Origin: Macrostomum hystrix
Lineage: Eukaryota; Animalia; Platyhelminthes
DNA length: 64,000 nt
Assembly: GCA_950097015.1 (NCBI GenBank)
Contig: CATNEN010000007.1
Span: 2,294,001-2,358,000 of the forward strand
Direction of reading: 5' to 3'
Shown here: positions 33,257 through 46,154 of the stretch, one piece after another
Position numbering within the stretch: position 1 is the stretch's first letter
Layout of the letters: each line of letters opens with the position of its first letter
The notes under the pieces: generated by a model
Database searches by the model: none
Told to the model about the DNA's origin: nothing
What the model saw: the letters and a program-made list of their open reading frames with translations, nothing else
Translations under genes and position numbers: made by a program

Positions 33257-35349
33257 TCAGAACTGGAACATGCCGGCTGGCCTGTACTTCAGGTAGTCCT
33301 GCAGCTTGCCCGACTGGGCGATGCGCTCGGCGAAGGCCTTCACGTCCGGGAAGGCGTCCTGGCTGCACTTGATCTCCTCGATCAGGCCGAGGCTGTTCAC
33401 CAGGCAGGCCACGGTCAGGTCAGCCCAGGTCAGCTGGTAGTTCGTTGGGTCGGGCGATCGAATAAAATGGATGGCTATTAATCTCACACGAGCTCAAGAC
33501 CAAACATTGAGCAAATTCTAGCAAGGCTGTCAAATGGTAACAGATGAGAATACACACAAGGTAGCTAATTATGTACGAAAACTGCTGTGGGTGCGAGCCG
33601 TCGGACTGTTGTGAAGCCTTGGTTGGAAACCCCTGTGAATAGAGCTTGGGACTTCTGGCCTAGAGGTCGGGAGTTCGAATCTTGGCTTAAGATGAGCAAC
33701 TCAGTTTTAAAATCGATACCCAGCATCATATAGGGTAGAAACTCGGGTCTCCCCAGTCCATGGACTGAACAGTTGTACGCTCGTAGGCAGGATTTGGAAG
33801 CGCCACGCAATAGCTGTACATCTGGCCCAACTGCATGAGCTTATTATTGTTTGCCCAACGGCTTCGGGAAGGGCAGTTGTCCTTCCTGGTTCTAAGAGGG
33901 GCTGAACTCCATCCTACTATTCTATCCTCGGTTCAACTCCATCCTGCTGATCACAGGACAAAAACTTGCGTTCGTTGGCTCTTAAGGCTCTGAAGAGAAC
34001 TTATCTTTAAAAGAAATCTTCAGCCAAAGGCAAGCACTTGTATGGAAGTGCTCCAGAAGTACAATAGCTGTACATCTGGCCCAACTGCATGAGCTTATTA
34101 TTGTTTGCCCAACGGCTTCGGGAAGGGCAGTTGTCCTTCCTGGTTCTAAGAGGGGCTGAACTCCATCCTACTACTCTATCCTCGGTTCAACTCCATCCTG
34201 CTGATCACAGGACAAAAACTTGCGTTCGTTGGCTCTTAAGGCTCTGAAGAGAACTTATCTTTAAAAGAAATCTTCAGCCAAAGGCAAGCACTTGTATGGA
34301 ATCATTTTCGCTGGAGCCACTGGCTTTGATGGTTTTGACATACACATTCACGTCTCAGCGGCAGAAATATTTTGTTTCCAAGAAAATTTAATGACTGGAA
34401 AAGATAAACAACAGACATTAGGGGATGTGTTATACTAGTGCTGACTTGTGCAGACAATTTGACACCATGGACATAAAATTTCATAGCTGCATCGATGAGC
34501 TGTGATAGAAATTCCGGGAACTTTTGGAACACCTCTCGTAGATCCAGAGCTCTCTCCACTGACTCACCCGGTCGCCAACCAGATAACCCGAGCGGCTCTC
34601 CTTGACCCAGCGGTCGATAATGCCGTAGAACTTCGGGCCGGCAATCTCGTTCCAGTTCTGGAAGCCCTTCTGCCTCTCCTCCGGCGATTTCAGCGGCATG
34701 AACTTCACCACGGCGTCGAACATGTCAATCATGGTGGTGTCCACGATGCTGTCGCACTTGAAGGCGCTCAGATCGTCAGTTGGCATCAGGCCGCCCTTCT
34801 TAGCCAAGTAGCGGGCTACAGCCACGCTCTGCCGCATCTGGTAGCCCTCGGGTGTCACCAGGTATGGCACCGTGTTGCCAGGGATTGCTGAGTGAGGGAG
34901 GCACAGTGAGAGTGGGCTGCTATACTCTACTCTACTCTACTCTACTCTACTCTACTCTATTCTACTCTACTCTATTCTACTCTACTCTACTCTACTCTAC
35001 TCTACTCTACTCTACTCTACTCTACTCTACTCTACTCTACTCTACTCTATTCTACTCTACTCTACTCTATTCTACTCTACTCTATTCTACTCTACTCTAC
35101 TCTACTCTACTCTACTCTACTCTACTCTATTCTACTCTACTTTACTCTAGAATCTCTATGCTCTACTCAGAAAGCGGCAGGAAGACAGGCAGGAGTTGAG
35201 TCCTCACTGGGCTTGAGTGTGGGCCACTCCTCCAGGCCGATCCGGCGGTCCTCCCATGGCAGGCCGCTGGCAGCGAGGATCCAGCGGATGAATTCGCCCC
35301 TGGCTCGCAGGTTGAAATAGTAATAGGTGTACGTGCCCTTGCCGCTCAT
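33257..35349 (-). CDS. Glutathione S-transferase, sigma-like, ~212 aa
   Basis: Exons 35208-35349, 34568-34887 and 33257-33433, phase-consistent. Motifs YYYFNLRARGEFIRWIL, QSVAVARYLA, GYLVGDRLTWADL and YLKYRP. Confidence 0.92.
33808..34301. repeat. Direct tandem duplication (period 254 bp) in GST intron 2
   Basis: 33808-34047 is repeated almost exactly at 34062-34301. Confidence 0.9.
34921..35169. repeat. (TACTC)n pentanucleotide microsatellite in GST intron 1
   Basis: About 50 units with occasional TATTC variants. Confidence 0.95.
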
Positions 35350-36048
35350 TGCACTGCTTAGTGGCAACTGGCTAGTTCGGGTCCTCTGGAAACAATCGGC
35401 TCAGTTCTCGCGAAAGCAGATCAACTGAAATCTCTGAGCTGTTTTATCTTTCTGCTTTTAGTCCGGGCCTGACAACTGTGCACTGAGAGAATGTCTCTAG
35501 TCCTATCTGCTTGCACTCAGATCACAAAGGAGAGGTAGAGGGGAGCGAACAAGAGATTTTGCTAATTTTCTACCCATAGCAACCAGGTGAGTGAGCGGTT
35601 GCCTCGCGCGAGGTACTTACACACCCCTGTCCTTAGATGTGCTTTCCTTTTGTGCACATTTCACTCTGCTTAATTGAGTGCGAGAGAGTGAGGGGGCAGA
35701 GAAAGACAGAGATAACTGTCACCTTTGCCCCCCAGGCCTCGGCACTGAGCTGTCAGTAGTCTCAAGGCTGCATTGAGTCCATGTGCCTATCTCTAACTGG
35801 GTTTTTTTATTGAATCTTTAACTTTCTTTTACTCTGATATGTGAACCTTGGAGTGACCACGCTCATTTTAGAGAATTTTAGACTGCTGATAAAACTGCAT
35901 TTAACACACTTACTAGTGCGAGTGGTCAATGAATGGGCGCCCCACCTACCAAAGAGAGCGGCAGATGGCTCCCGCGTCGTTAAGGTCGAGGGGTTGAGCA
36001 GCGTGGGCAGCGTCTCCGCGGGGGGCAATTCTCCAGGAGATGCTCGGT

Positions 36049-36161
36049 CTACTCCCGGTTCGCCGATTCCCGGTTCGTCGACTCCCGGTTCGCCGATTCC
36101 CGGTTCGTCGATTCCCGGTTCGCCGATTCCCGGTTCGCCGATTCCCGGTTCGCCGAATTCC
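36049..36161. repeat. 15-bp minisatellite (CCCGGTTCGCCGATT), ~7 copies
   Basis: Direct tandem periodicity. Confidence 0.9.
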
Positions 36162-36754
36162 TAATCCGCTTGATTCTTAACTTCTGCATAACAGCGAAAC
36201 CCACATTCAGCAGAGAGTCACTGGCAACGTCACTGCTCGACAAAGCGCACGATAGCAAGGCTTTGGAATGAGTTCGAGCACGGAAATGGAACCAACCCTA
36301 GAGCAGTTTCTGGACGCCTGTGGCTATCAAATTCAGCTGAGAAGGTAGTGCTGAGTCTTGTGGTTGTGACTCATGCGGTGCGTACACTATACGCTATTTC
36401 ATGCATTTTATATAGCTATAAAATAGTTTATATTCTGCGTTTTTATTATATTAAGTTTTATAAGTTTTAAGTTTTATAAGTTTTATATTATAAGTTTTTA
36501 AAATAAAGAAACTAGTTTTAGCGATTTATTAATCGTTAATAAAACTCGTATTTTTTATATTTATTACGCGTGAGAGGAATTTTCTGCATTTCCACATTTA
36601 ACATTTCTTAAACATGTACGTTCATGCACGCTGATGGTTTGTTCAACTTATGTATAACTCGTAGTAACAACTCGTAGTAACAGTTTGGCTCTACGTTCGT
36701 TTTTTGTTAATTTGCTAATATTTCCAGACAGTGCATTTTTCCCTATCCACAACA

Positions 36755-37083
36755 AGTGTCAGGAGGCCCGCTTGCTAGTGTCAGGAGGCCCGCTTGCTAG
36801 TGTCAGGAGGCCCGCGTGCTAGTGTCAGGAGGCCCGCGTGCTAGTGTCAGGTGGCCCGCTTGCTAGTGTCAGGAGGCCCGCGTGCTAGTGTCAGGAGGGT
36901 CGCGTGCTAGTGTCAGGAGGCCCGCGTGCTAGTGTCAGGAGGCCCGCGTGCTAGTGTCAGGAGGCCCGCGTGCTAGTGTCAGGAGGCCCGCGTGCTAGTA
37001 ACAGGAGGCCCGCGTGCTAGTGTCAGGAGGCCCGCGTGCTAGTGTCAGGAGGCCCGCGTGCTAGTGTCAGGAGGCCCGCGTAC
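36755..37083. repeat. 22-bp minisatellite (GTGTCAGGAGGCCCGCGTGCTA), ~15 copies
   Basis: Direct tandem periodicity. Confidence 0.95.
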
Positions 37084-38043
37084 TGGACCAGCAAATGGCT
37101 ACCTTCGCAATAGCTGCGGCTGTACATCTGGCCCAACTTATAGCTCGTTAATAAGTAAACGTTATAGCTCGTTACTTATATTCTATCTCCACTATCTCAA
37201 GTCTACTTATAGTAGTATTTTGGTAGCCTTGTTTTTCATTTTCAGTTGTTTCCTGAAGCTGGAAAGCTCTGTACTAAAGTACTTGATTAGGCTGAAAGCA
37301 ACCAGCAATAAAAGTTGGCCATTTTTACGAGTATTTCAGGGGTTGTCCTTCGAGACCGAGTGTAACAAAAATCCATGGAAAAATTATAGAAAGCAATTTT
37401 ACTCGACTACCGGGCGGAGGCAGGGCAGCCATATAAGCGGCTCAGGGAGGGGGTGGGTGCAGAGGGGCGAAGGCAGGGGGGAGGACGCAGCGCACGCACA
37501 AAAGGGGGCAGAAAGGACGAGACGCGGGGGTGGCCAGCCGGTCATTAACCCCGTAAGCGTGACACAAAGTACACGCATACGGACCAGAAAATCACATGTA
37601 CTCTGAGCGAAACGCTGAGCCACCTATAATAACGAAACCCAGGCTGTTTTGCGTCATCCGTCATTGTATTGGATACCTTACATGTTTAAACCGAAACAGC
37701 TATGTCCATTTTTCACTTGCATTTTCGGAAACAGAAGCCCGAAATATTAATCTGCTTAAGCAGAAGACCAGTCAGCACTCAAACGGTAGATCAGGCTGTG
37801 CTCGAATTATAGATAAATTGTGCTCAAATGGAAGATAAACTTGTCTTTCAGTAGTATGAGTACTGGAATTTTAATGCTTAAAAAAGTCAAGAATTATGCC
37901 GCATGTGACGGAGATTTGCTTTGAGTAAATATTTCTGTGAATCGGAATGCACGAAGTTCTTGATTTAGCTTCCTCTCGTATATTTTTCTCACTTTTATTT
38001 AGGACTGCCTAAGTTCGTTGAGACCAGTTTGGGGGCAGGCAGG

Positions 38044-41000
38044 TTAAACTCCGAGCAGAAAGCGAATCGCGTTGCTATAGAAACCCATGGCAACGCCAGT
38101 GGCGTGGGCTGAGCAACCACCTGCGAGTGAGACGGTTTGAAACTGAATTCAGAATAACAACTTATTAAACTTTCAGTTAACTGCATGTTTAGCTTACCCA
38201 TTGTGCAATCCCTCCACTCTCATCTCTCCCGTGTCTTATCTCTCCCGTGTCTCATCTCGCCCGTGTCTTATCTCTCCCGTGTCTCATCTCGCCCGTGTCT
38301 CATCTCTCCCGTGTCTCATCTTCCCCGTGTCTCATCTCGCCCGTGTCTCATCTCTCCCGTGTCTTATCTCTCCCGTGTCTCATCTCGCCCGTGTCTTATC
38401 TCTCCCGTGTCTCATCTCTTCCGTGTCTCATCTTCCCCGTGTCTCATCTCTCCCGTGTCTCATTTCCCCCGTGTCTCATCTCTCCCGTGTCTCATCTCCC
38501 CCGTGTCTCATCTCCTCCGTGTCTCATCTCCCCCGTGTCTCATCTCTCCCGTGTCTCATCTCCCCCGTGTCTCATCTTCCCCGTGTCCCATCTCCCCCGT
38601 GTCTCATCTTCCCCGTGTCTCATCTTCCCCGCGTCTTATCTCTCCCGTGTCCCATCTCTCCCGTGTCTCATCTCCCCCGTGTCTCATCTTCCCCGTGTCT
38701 TTTCTCTCCCGTGTCTCATCTCCCCGTGTCTCATCTCCCCGTGTCTCATCTTCCCCGTGTCTCATCTCGCCCGTGTCTCATCTTCACCGTATCTCATCAC
38801 TCACGCGCATTCTCATGATGAATTCGCTGCTTCACTCACCAAGCATGTCGGCATCGCGAAGAATTTTTCGACCTGAAGTCATTGCTTCGCCGTTGTGAAA
38901 GATCTTGAAGCAGCCCAGCAGAGGGTCCTGCCAGGAGGTCACATTGTTCACCGACTCGATGCGGTAGAAATCCTTGGCGCCAAGAAGTCCGCACAGAAGG
39001 CCTGGGGTCGAGTTGCGAAACGGGCTGGCGATGGTCAGTGAAGTAAGCGAAATCCCACACTCCAGCTCCCCCAGTCCCACACTCCAGCTCCCCCAGTCCC
39101 ACACTGCAGCTCCCCCAGTCCCACACTCCAGCTCCCACAGTCCCACACTCCAGCTCCCACAGTCCCACACTCCAGCTCCCACAGTCCCACACTCCAGCTC
39201 CCACAGTCCCACACTCCAGCTCCCCCAGTCCCACACTCCAGCTCCCACAGTCCCACACTCCAGCTCCCCCAGTCCCACACTCCAGCTCCCCCAGTCTCAC
39301 CCTGTTCCATGTAGAGATCCCGCAGTCCAGCCAGAGGGCTGTCGGCTGACTTGGCAACGTTCTTCGTCCAGTTGAAGGCCTCAATCAGCTTGAACTCGTT
39401 GAAAGCCTTCCGGCAGATCAGCTTGAGTTCAGTTGATATGGCCGTGGACCACTTCTTTTCTGCTGTCGGCTTTTTTCGCCTGGGCCCGCAAGCGCTCTGA
39501 TGGGTGGCATTTGAATGTAGGAATCGCAATATAACTTGATTAGTATATTAAACAAATAACAATTCTTAATTGCACTTGGTTTATAGAAAGAGATACGTTC
39601 TCTGCATCTCCGCACTCCCTGCTTGTCCCCGTCCCACATCCTGCTCCCACACCCTGCTCCCATACCCTGCTCCAACACCCTGCTCCAACACCCTGCTCCC
39701 ACACCCTGCTCCCATACCCTGCTCCCACACCCTGCTCCCACAATCTGTTCACACACCTTGCTCCCACACCCTGCTCCCACACCCTGCTCCCACACCCTGC
39801 TCCCACACCCTGCTCCCACACCCTGCTCACACACCCTGCTCCCATACACTGCTCCCACACCCTGCTCCCACACCCTGCTCCCACAATCTGTTCACACACC
39901 TTGCTCCCACACCCTGCTCCCAAACCCTGCTCCCAAACCCTGCTCCCACATCCTGCTCCCAAACCCTGCTCCCAAACCCTGCTCCAACACCCTGCTCCAA
40001 CACCCTGCTCCCACACCCTGCTCCCACAATCTGTTCACACACCTTGCTCCCACACCCTGCTCCCACACCCTGCTCCCACAATCTGTTCACACACCCTGCT
40101 CCGACACCCTGCTCCCACACCCTGCTCCCACAATCTGTTCACACACCTTGCTCCCACACCCTGCTCCCACACCCTGCTCCCACACCCTGCTCCCACACCC
40201 TGCTCCCACACCCTGCTCACACACCCTGCTCCCATACACTGCTCCCACACCCTGCTCCCACACCCTGCTCCCACAATCTGTTCACACACCTTGCTCCCAC
40301 ACCCTGCTCCCAAACCCTGCTCCCACATCCTGCTCCCACACCCTGCTCCCACAATCTGTTCACACACCCTGCTCCCACACCCTGCTCCCAAACCCTGCTC
40401 CCAAACCCTGCTCCCACACCCTGCTCCCACACCCTGCTCCCACACCCTGCTCCCACACCTTGCTCCCACACCCTGCTCCCACACCCTGCTCCCACACCCT
40501 GCTCCCACAATCTGTTCACACACCTTGCTCCCACACCCCGCTCCCGCATCTGCATCTCAGTAATATGTTGAACGAATTCTACCAAAGCAAACTTTGGTAT
40601 CAGAGCCGGTAGTTATTCGAGTATGGCGCTTCTGGGAAAGTTTATATTTTACGAACAGCTATTTGCTTCTATTTTTAGAATTGGACAATAATTTGGCAGC
40701 AGTCGTCGTGTCAAATTTTTGTGAAGTTAAACGTTTCACATCTGTTTGTTCTCTACCAGTCCTCGGCTCAAAACTATTTAAAAGGCTTCCGACTAACCAT
40801 GTTGAAGATGTACTTTTTCCTTAAGTAAAATAAGTCTCTTCCGTGTAGCTCAACTTGTCGAGTCGGGGCTGTTCAGCGAACTTAAACAAACTCCAATGAG
40901 CCAAATGACAAAAAACTCAGCGAACCAATGCTTTGCTGGACTTTTTCAAACTCTTTCAGCTGTCAAACTAGGAGAAAGCTTTGTGATTGATAGGAAAACT

Positions 41001-41954
41001 AGGCCTAATTTTCAAGGAGAACCGACTGGATTGCTAGTCTATACGCATCAGTATTATAACTACCGAGTATATACCTTTAGAGGTCTAGCAAATCAGTTAA
41101 TTACCGCCTCCCCAGTCAATGGACCGAACAGCTGTACACAGGCTTTGGAAACTCCGAGCGATAGCTACGGCTGTGCCACTAGATCCTCAGAGTCACTGAA
41201 ATGTGCTCACCTGCTCTAGGATCATCTTGTACAGCAGCTGGTGGGTCAGGTAATATCCGGAAGCGTCGCTCAGGGCTCGGTTGAAATACTGGCACTCGGT
41301 ACCGGAGGAACACCTGCCGTGTGGGGATAATTGGTCGGGGTGTTCGTGAACTCAATTGAAGTAGAAGAAGCGGACTCACCTGCCGTGGTTTGCCAGAGCC
41401 TCGGCCAAGCACGCGTCGCCCTGGGGTTCGTCGTACTCAACCAAGCGTTGCGCAATCTGCTCAACAGCTGCCTCATCAGCTGGCCAGCGTTTTCCAGATC
41501 CTGCTGTCTCCAGGGCAACAAAAATCTGGAATCTGGGAGACTCGGTCAGGCCCTGAAATGCTCTCGCCAGCGGCTGGCAGATGCTGCTGAATGTCAGTCC
41601 ATCGTAGCCCGGCCTGCCTGCCAAATTCCTGGCGAACCGTGACACCAGCAGGTCCTGCCGTACCAGCACGGACTCCAGGCGGTGGCCGGCGGAGCGGCCG
41701 CACTGGGCCGCTGCGGCAGTCGAGACTGGCTCAGGAGACAGCAGGTCGCGGGAAAGCCGCATGCCGAAGTAGCCGTCCGCGTTCACACGGTCAGGATCTG
41801 ACGCGTAGAAGTCGACAAGGTCGGACAGTCGGACAAGGAGTTCGTTCAGACGGATGCAGTGGCTGGAATGAATGTCTGCTGCGGTGGCTGCTGACTTAGG
41901 CAGAGAGGACTCAGCGGCCAGCAGCAGCAGCAGCAGCAGCAGCCTGACACGCAT
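38044..41954 (-). CDS. C16orf89: UPF0764/C16orf89-like secreted protein, ~370 aa
   Basis: Exons 41380-41954, 41211-41313, 39301-39496, 38840-39001 and 38044-38120, phase-consistent. Poly-Leu signal peptide; motifs NADGYFGMRL, GDACLAE, GYYLTHQLLY, DLYMEQGLLCG, SWQDPLLGCF and GCSAHATGVA match my recollection of this family. Confidence 0.8.
38216..38790. repeat. 16-bp pyrimidine-rich minisatellite (CGTGTCTCATCTCTCC) in C16orf89-like intron 4
   Basis: About 35 degenerate units. Confidence 0.95.
39053..39300. repeat. 22-bp minisatellite (CCCACACTCCAGCTCCCACAGT) occupying most of C16orf89-like intron 3
   Basis: About 11 units, starting at the splice donor. Confidence 0.95.
39628..40548. repeat. 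14-bp minisatellite (CCCTGCTCCCACAC) with AATCTGTTCACAC variant blocks, in C16orf89-like intron 2
   Basis: About 65 units; source of the PAPTPCSHTLL ORFs. Confidence 0.95.
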
Positions 41955-42262
41955 TTGCTGCAACAGGTGGGATGAGTTGCTGTGGCTTATTTTTGTGTGA
42001 GTCTGCCGCAATATTTGTAAGAAATCAAAGCAGCCGGAGCGGCTGCATCCCTCCAAATCTAAATAGTCTATACTCCTAAAGTTCACACCTTCAATCGTTC
42101 ATTACCGTCTGTATTACTGTGTAACCATACCCAAAGGCACCTTAACCCATAGACATTCACTTGCTGTACTAAAACTAGCACAGCTATTAAGTCGCGGCCA
42201 ATACAAGCAGAGTTCACCTTCAGTTGATCTCAACCTTTACCTTCTATACGCACTCCAATGTT

Positions 42263-42410
42263 CAACGAATTCAATAATCATTTTATTAGTTCACACTCCT
42301 ACGTTCACCGAATTCTATAATCATTTTAATAGTACACAATCCTACGGTCACCGAATTCTATAATCATTTTAATAGTACACAATCCTACGGTCACCGAATT
42401 CTATAATCAT
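42263..42410. repeat. 43-bp tandem repeat, ~3.5 copies
   Basis: CACCGAATTCTATAATCATTTTAATAGTACACAATCCTACGGT recurs at 42306 and 42349, with flanking partial or degenerate copies. Confidence 0.85.
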
Positions 42411-42505
42411 TCAGGGATGGTGAACGCTTTCTCAGGGAGAATTTTATATTCTGATGCGTGGTGATGATAATTAATCATATCTGCAGGTCTGTGGGCCATG
42501 GCCTT

Positions 42506-42677
42506 TGATGACACTAGACCCGCAGCCAGCGAGGAGGCAATTCTTACCATTTCGCTGACTCCTGAGCACGCACGCACACAGATACCGTACACAGGTACAC
42601 GCTCACACAGGTGTGTACATCTGCCCTGACTTTCTCATCGTCAGGCAGTGTACACTCTCACTGTGCCTTGTAAGGCC
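42506..42677 (-). mobile_element. 5'-truncated SINE-like copy
   Basis: Reverse complement matches 4040-4210 (AAGGCACAGTGAGAGTGTACACTG...CAGGAGTCAGCGAAATGG...CTCGCTGGCTGCGGGTCTAGTGTCA). Confidence 0.7.
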
Positions 42678-43446
42678 ATGACAAGCCCCTGGCCTTACCT
42701 TCGCGGCTGCGCCCCAAATGAATGTGCAGATGAATGTGCATGAATGTGCAGATGAATGTGCATGAATGTGCAGATTGACTCAACCTCCGAATTCGAACCA
42801 ATGTGACAATAATTGCTCTTGAAAAGTCCACCGCTGCAGCCTCTGCCATACCGTAATCACAAAGCAAAGACTGCTCAAAGACTGCTCAAAGGCTAGACGA
42901 CGCCGCCAATTGCTTAAAAATGTTCTCTAAAAAATGCAGGTTAAAAATTGCTCACCTGCTCAATTGGTACTCGGCGCAGCAGATTAGAACTGCAGAAAGT
43001 CTGACGCAGGCAGGTGTGGGACAAAAAATAATTTTCAATCCACGCGAAGTCCCACCGGTGCGCGAGCGGCTCCAGCGGTTTGTAGAAGCGTGCTCAATTT
43101 ATTCACTCAGTCCGTATGCTCACAAGCCAATCCCAAAATCATGGCATATCCACTGGACAACATCCGCCTCGTCTCCCTTCTCACCCTCAGGCTCCGCCCC
43201 CGTTGCTCTCAGAACGGCTGGGATCCGCTGAGCACGACTCAAAATTGCCGCGAAACAAAAGCATCGCGTGCTCCCTGGCCCGCACTGCTCCCTGTTATTT
43301 AACATCTGCATCACTAATTGAATTTGCTTTGCCAACTCACAGCGATAAGCATCAGCCAGTAAGCTGAGCACGAGCGCTGGATGTCTATGGCACAACTCAC
43401 TTCAGGATGCTGGGTTAACAAAGAGCTTCTACTTACAGTAGCAACT

Positions 43447-44281
43447 GAAGTGTGGGAACTGGAGTGTGGGAATTGGAGTGTGGGAACTGGAGTGTGGGAA
43501 CTGGAGTGTGGGAACTGGAGTGTGGGAACTGGAGTGTGGGAACTGGAGTGTGGGAACTGGAGTGTGGGAACTGGAGTGTGGGAACTGGAGTGTGGGAACT
43601 GGAGTGTGGGAACTGGAGTGTGGGAACTGGAGTGTGGGAACTGGAGTGTGGGAACTGGAGTGTGGGAACTGGAGTGTGGGAACTGGAGTGTGGGAACTGG
43701 AGTGTGGGAACTGGAGTGTGGGAACTGGAGTGTGGGAACTGGAGTGTGAGAACTGGAGTGTGGGAACTGGAGTGTGGGAACTGGAGTGTGGGAACTGGAG
43801 TGTGGGAACTGGAGTGTGGGAACTGGAGTGTGGGAACTGGAGTGTGGGAACTGGAGTGTGGGAATTGGAGTGTGGGAACTGGAGTGTGGGAACTGGAGTG
43901 TGGGAACTGGAGTGTGGGAACTGGAGTGTGGGAACTGGAGTGTGAGAACTGGAGTGTGGGAACTGGAGTGTGGGAACTGGAGTGTGGGAACGGGAGTGTG
44001 GGAACTGGAGTGTGGGAACGGGAGTGTGGGAACTGGAGTGTGGGAAATGGAGTGTGGGAACTGGAGTGTGAGAACTGGAGTGTGGGAAATGGAGTGTGGG
44101 AACTGGAGTGTGGGAACTGGAGTGTGGGAACTGGAGTGTGGGAACTGGAGTGTAGGAACTGGAGTGTGGGAACTGGAGTGTGGGAACGGGAGTGTGGGAA
44201 CTAGAGTGTGGGAACTGGAGTGTGGGAAATGGAGTGTGGGAACTGGAGTGTGGAAACTGGAGTGTGGGAACTGGAGTGTGA
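43447..44281. repeat. 14-bp minisatellite (GAACTGGAGTGTGG), ~60 copies
   Basis: Direct tandem periodicity. Confidence 0.95.
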
Positions 44282-44825
44282 AAATGTTGTGTTTTTTTCC
44301 TAAGTACACTAAATGTCTGTCACCAATCAATGCTCACTACTGAACGCTTAGAGACCTAGTAGAGTAGTAAGCATTTAATTTTATTTTCTTAACTAAGATG
44401 CAAAATTTCGTCAATTAGTTGGCAACTTTTTCCATTGAAGGCTATTAGCGAAAGTCATGTAAAATTTGATTTACCGCTGCTAAGAGAGGTGAGATTCTGA
44501 TGAGATTCAAATGGGAAATTTTTCTATTTTCTCCTAAAAAGCAAGGGACATCAAATGGGCAGGTGTGGAAGTTGGCCCAGGCATGCCAATAAATTTCAGC
44601 TCACACTGCTGGCAACTGGTTAGCAATTAGAAATTCAAAGCATCTTTTTAACTTCGTCCTTATATTAACATTTTTGAGTTTTATAAATTTACCACATTGA
44701 AAAAATCTACTCGTAGTATTATTAAATTCAGTGCAAAGAGCTTTAAATAAAAACATTATGACCTGTGTCTTAATCCACATCCCTCATATCCGGATAATCA
44801 ATCTATCATACGTTATATACCTTAC

Positions 44826-45262
44826 TCAACTATTCCACACTCTACCTATCCCATTCCACACTTTACTTATCCCATTCCACACTCTACTTATCCCCTTCCG
44901 CACTCTACTGATCCCACTACACACTCTACTTATCCCATTCCGCACTCTACTGATCCCATTCCACACTCTACTGATCCCACTACACACTCTACTTATCCCA
45001 TTCCACACTCTACTGATCCCTCTACACACTCTACTTATCCCATTCCGCACTCTACTGATCCCACTACACACTCTACTTATCCCATTCCGCACTCTACTGA
45101 TCCCATTCCACACTCTACTGATCCCACTACACACTCTACTTATCCCATTCCACACTCTACTGATCCCACTACACACTCTACTTATCCCATTCCGCACTCT
45201 ACTTATCCAATGCCACACTACTTATCCCATATCACACTCTACTTATCCCATGCCACACTCTA
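44826..45262. repeat. 21-bp minisatellite (CACACTCTACTTATCCCATTC), ~20 copies
   Basis: Direct tandem periodicity. Confidence 0.95.
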
Positions 45263-45269
45263 CACATTT

Positions 45270-46010
45270 CACCCTCACCCTACTTCTCCCGATCCTCACC
45301 CTACTTCTCCCGATCCTCGCCCTACTTCTCCCGATCCTCGCCCTACTTCTCCCGATCCTCACCCTACTTCTCCCGATCCTCACCCTACTTCTCCCGATCC
45401 TCGCCCTACTTCTCCCGATCCCCGCCCTACTTCTCCCGATCCTCACCCTACTTCTCCCGATCCTCGCCCTACTTCTCCCGATCCTCGCCCTACTTCTCCC
45501 GATCCTCGCCCTACTTCTCCCGATCCTCGCCCTACTTCTCCCGATCCTCGCCCTACTTCTCCCGATCCTCGCCCTACTTCTCCCAATCCTCGCCCTACTT
45601 CTCCCGATCCTCGCCCTACTTCTCCCGATCCTCGCCCTACTTCTCCCGATCCTCGCCTTACTTCTCCCGATCCTCACCCTACTTCTCCCGATCCTCACCC
45701 TACTTCTCCCGATCCTCACCCTACTTCTCCCGATCCTCACCCTACTTCTCCCGATCCTCACCCTACTTCTTCCGATCCTCGCCCTACTTCTCCCGATCCT
45801 CGCCCTACTTCTCCCGATCCTCACCCTACTTCTCCCGATCCTCGCCCTACTTCTCCCGATCCTCGCCCTACTTCTCCCGATCCTCACCCTACTTCTCCCG
45901 ATCCTCACCCTACTTCTCCCGATCCTCGCCCTACTTCTCCCGATCCTCGCCCTACTTCTCCCGATCCTCGCCCTACTTCTCCCGATCCTCGCCCTACTTC
46001 TCCCGATCCT
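45270..46010. repeat. 21-bp minisatellite (CCCTACTTCTCCCGATCCTCG/A), ~35 copies
   Basis: Direct tandem periodicity; abuts the preceding 21-bp array. Confidence 0.95.
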
Positions 46011-46154
46011 TTATTTAGTAAATTTTGTGCTTCAATTCTAAATTCATGATTTCACACTTTTCATAGAAAATTATCATTAATTCTATGATAATCTTATCCA
46101 ATTATCAGCAAGCAGTCTTCAAAGCAAATTCAATTTCAAATCTTGACTAATAAA

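Noticed and set aside
33640-33710. tRNA-like sequence with GGGAGTTCGAATC (also partial tRNA-like strings near 59820-59885 and 61115-61160)
   Set aside because: No complete cloverleaf or acceptor stem is visible; more likely SINE-head remnants than tRNA genes.
40595-41175. TGGTATCAGAGC (plant-type tRNAiMet primer-binding site) and a weak inverted match CAGAGCCGGTAG / CTACGGCTGTG suggesting an LTR or hAT element
   Set aside because: No adjacent LTR ending in CA, no gag/pol remnants, the inverted match is gapped, and there is no 8-bp target duplication.
43120-43440. Short ORFs between the C16orf89-like gene and the 14-bp array
   Set aside because: No recognisable protein. A minus-strand donor near 42955 suggests a non-coding 5'UTR exon instead, but support is insufficient to annotate.
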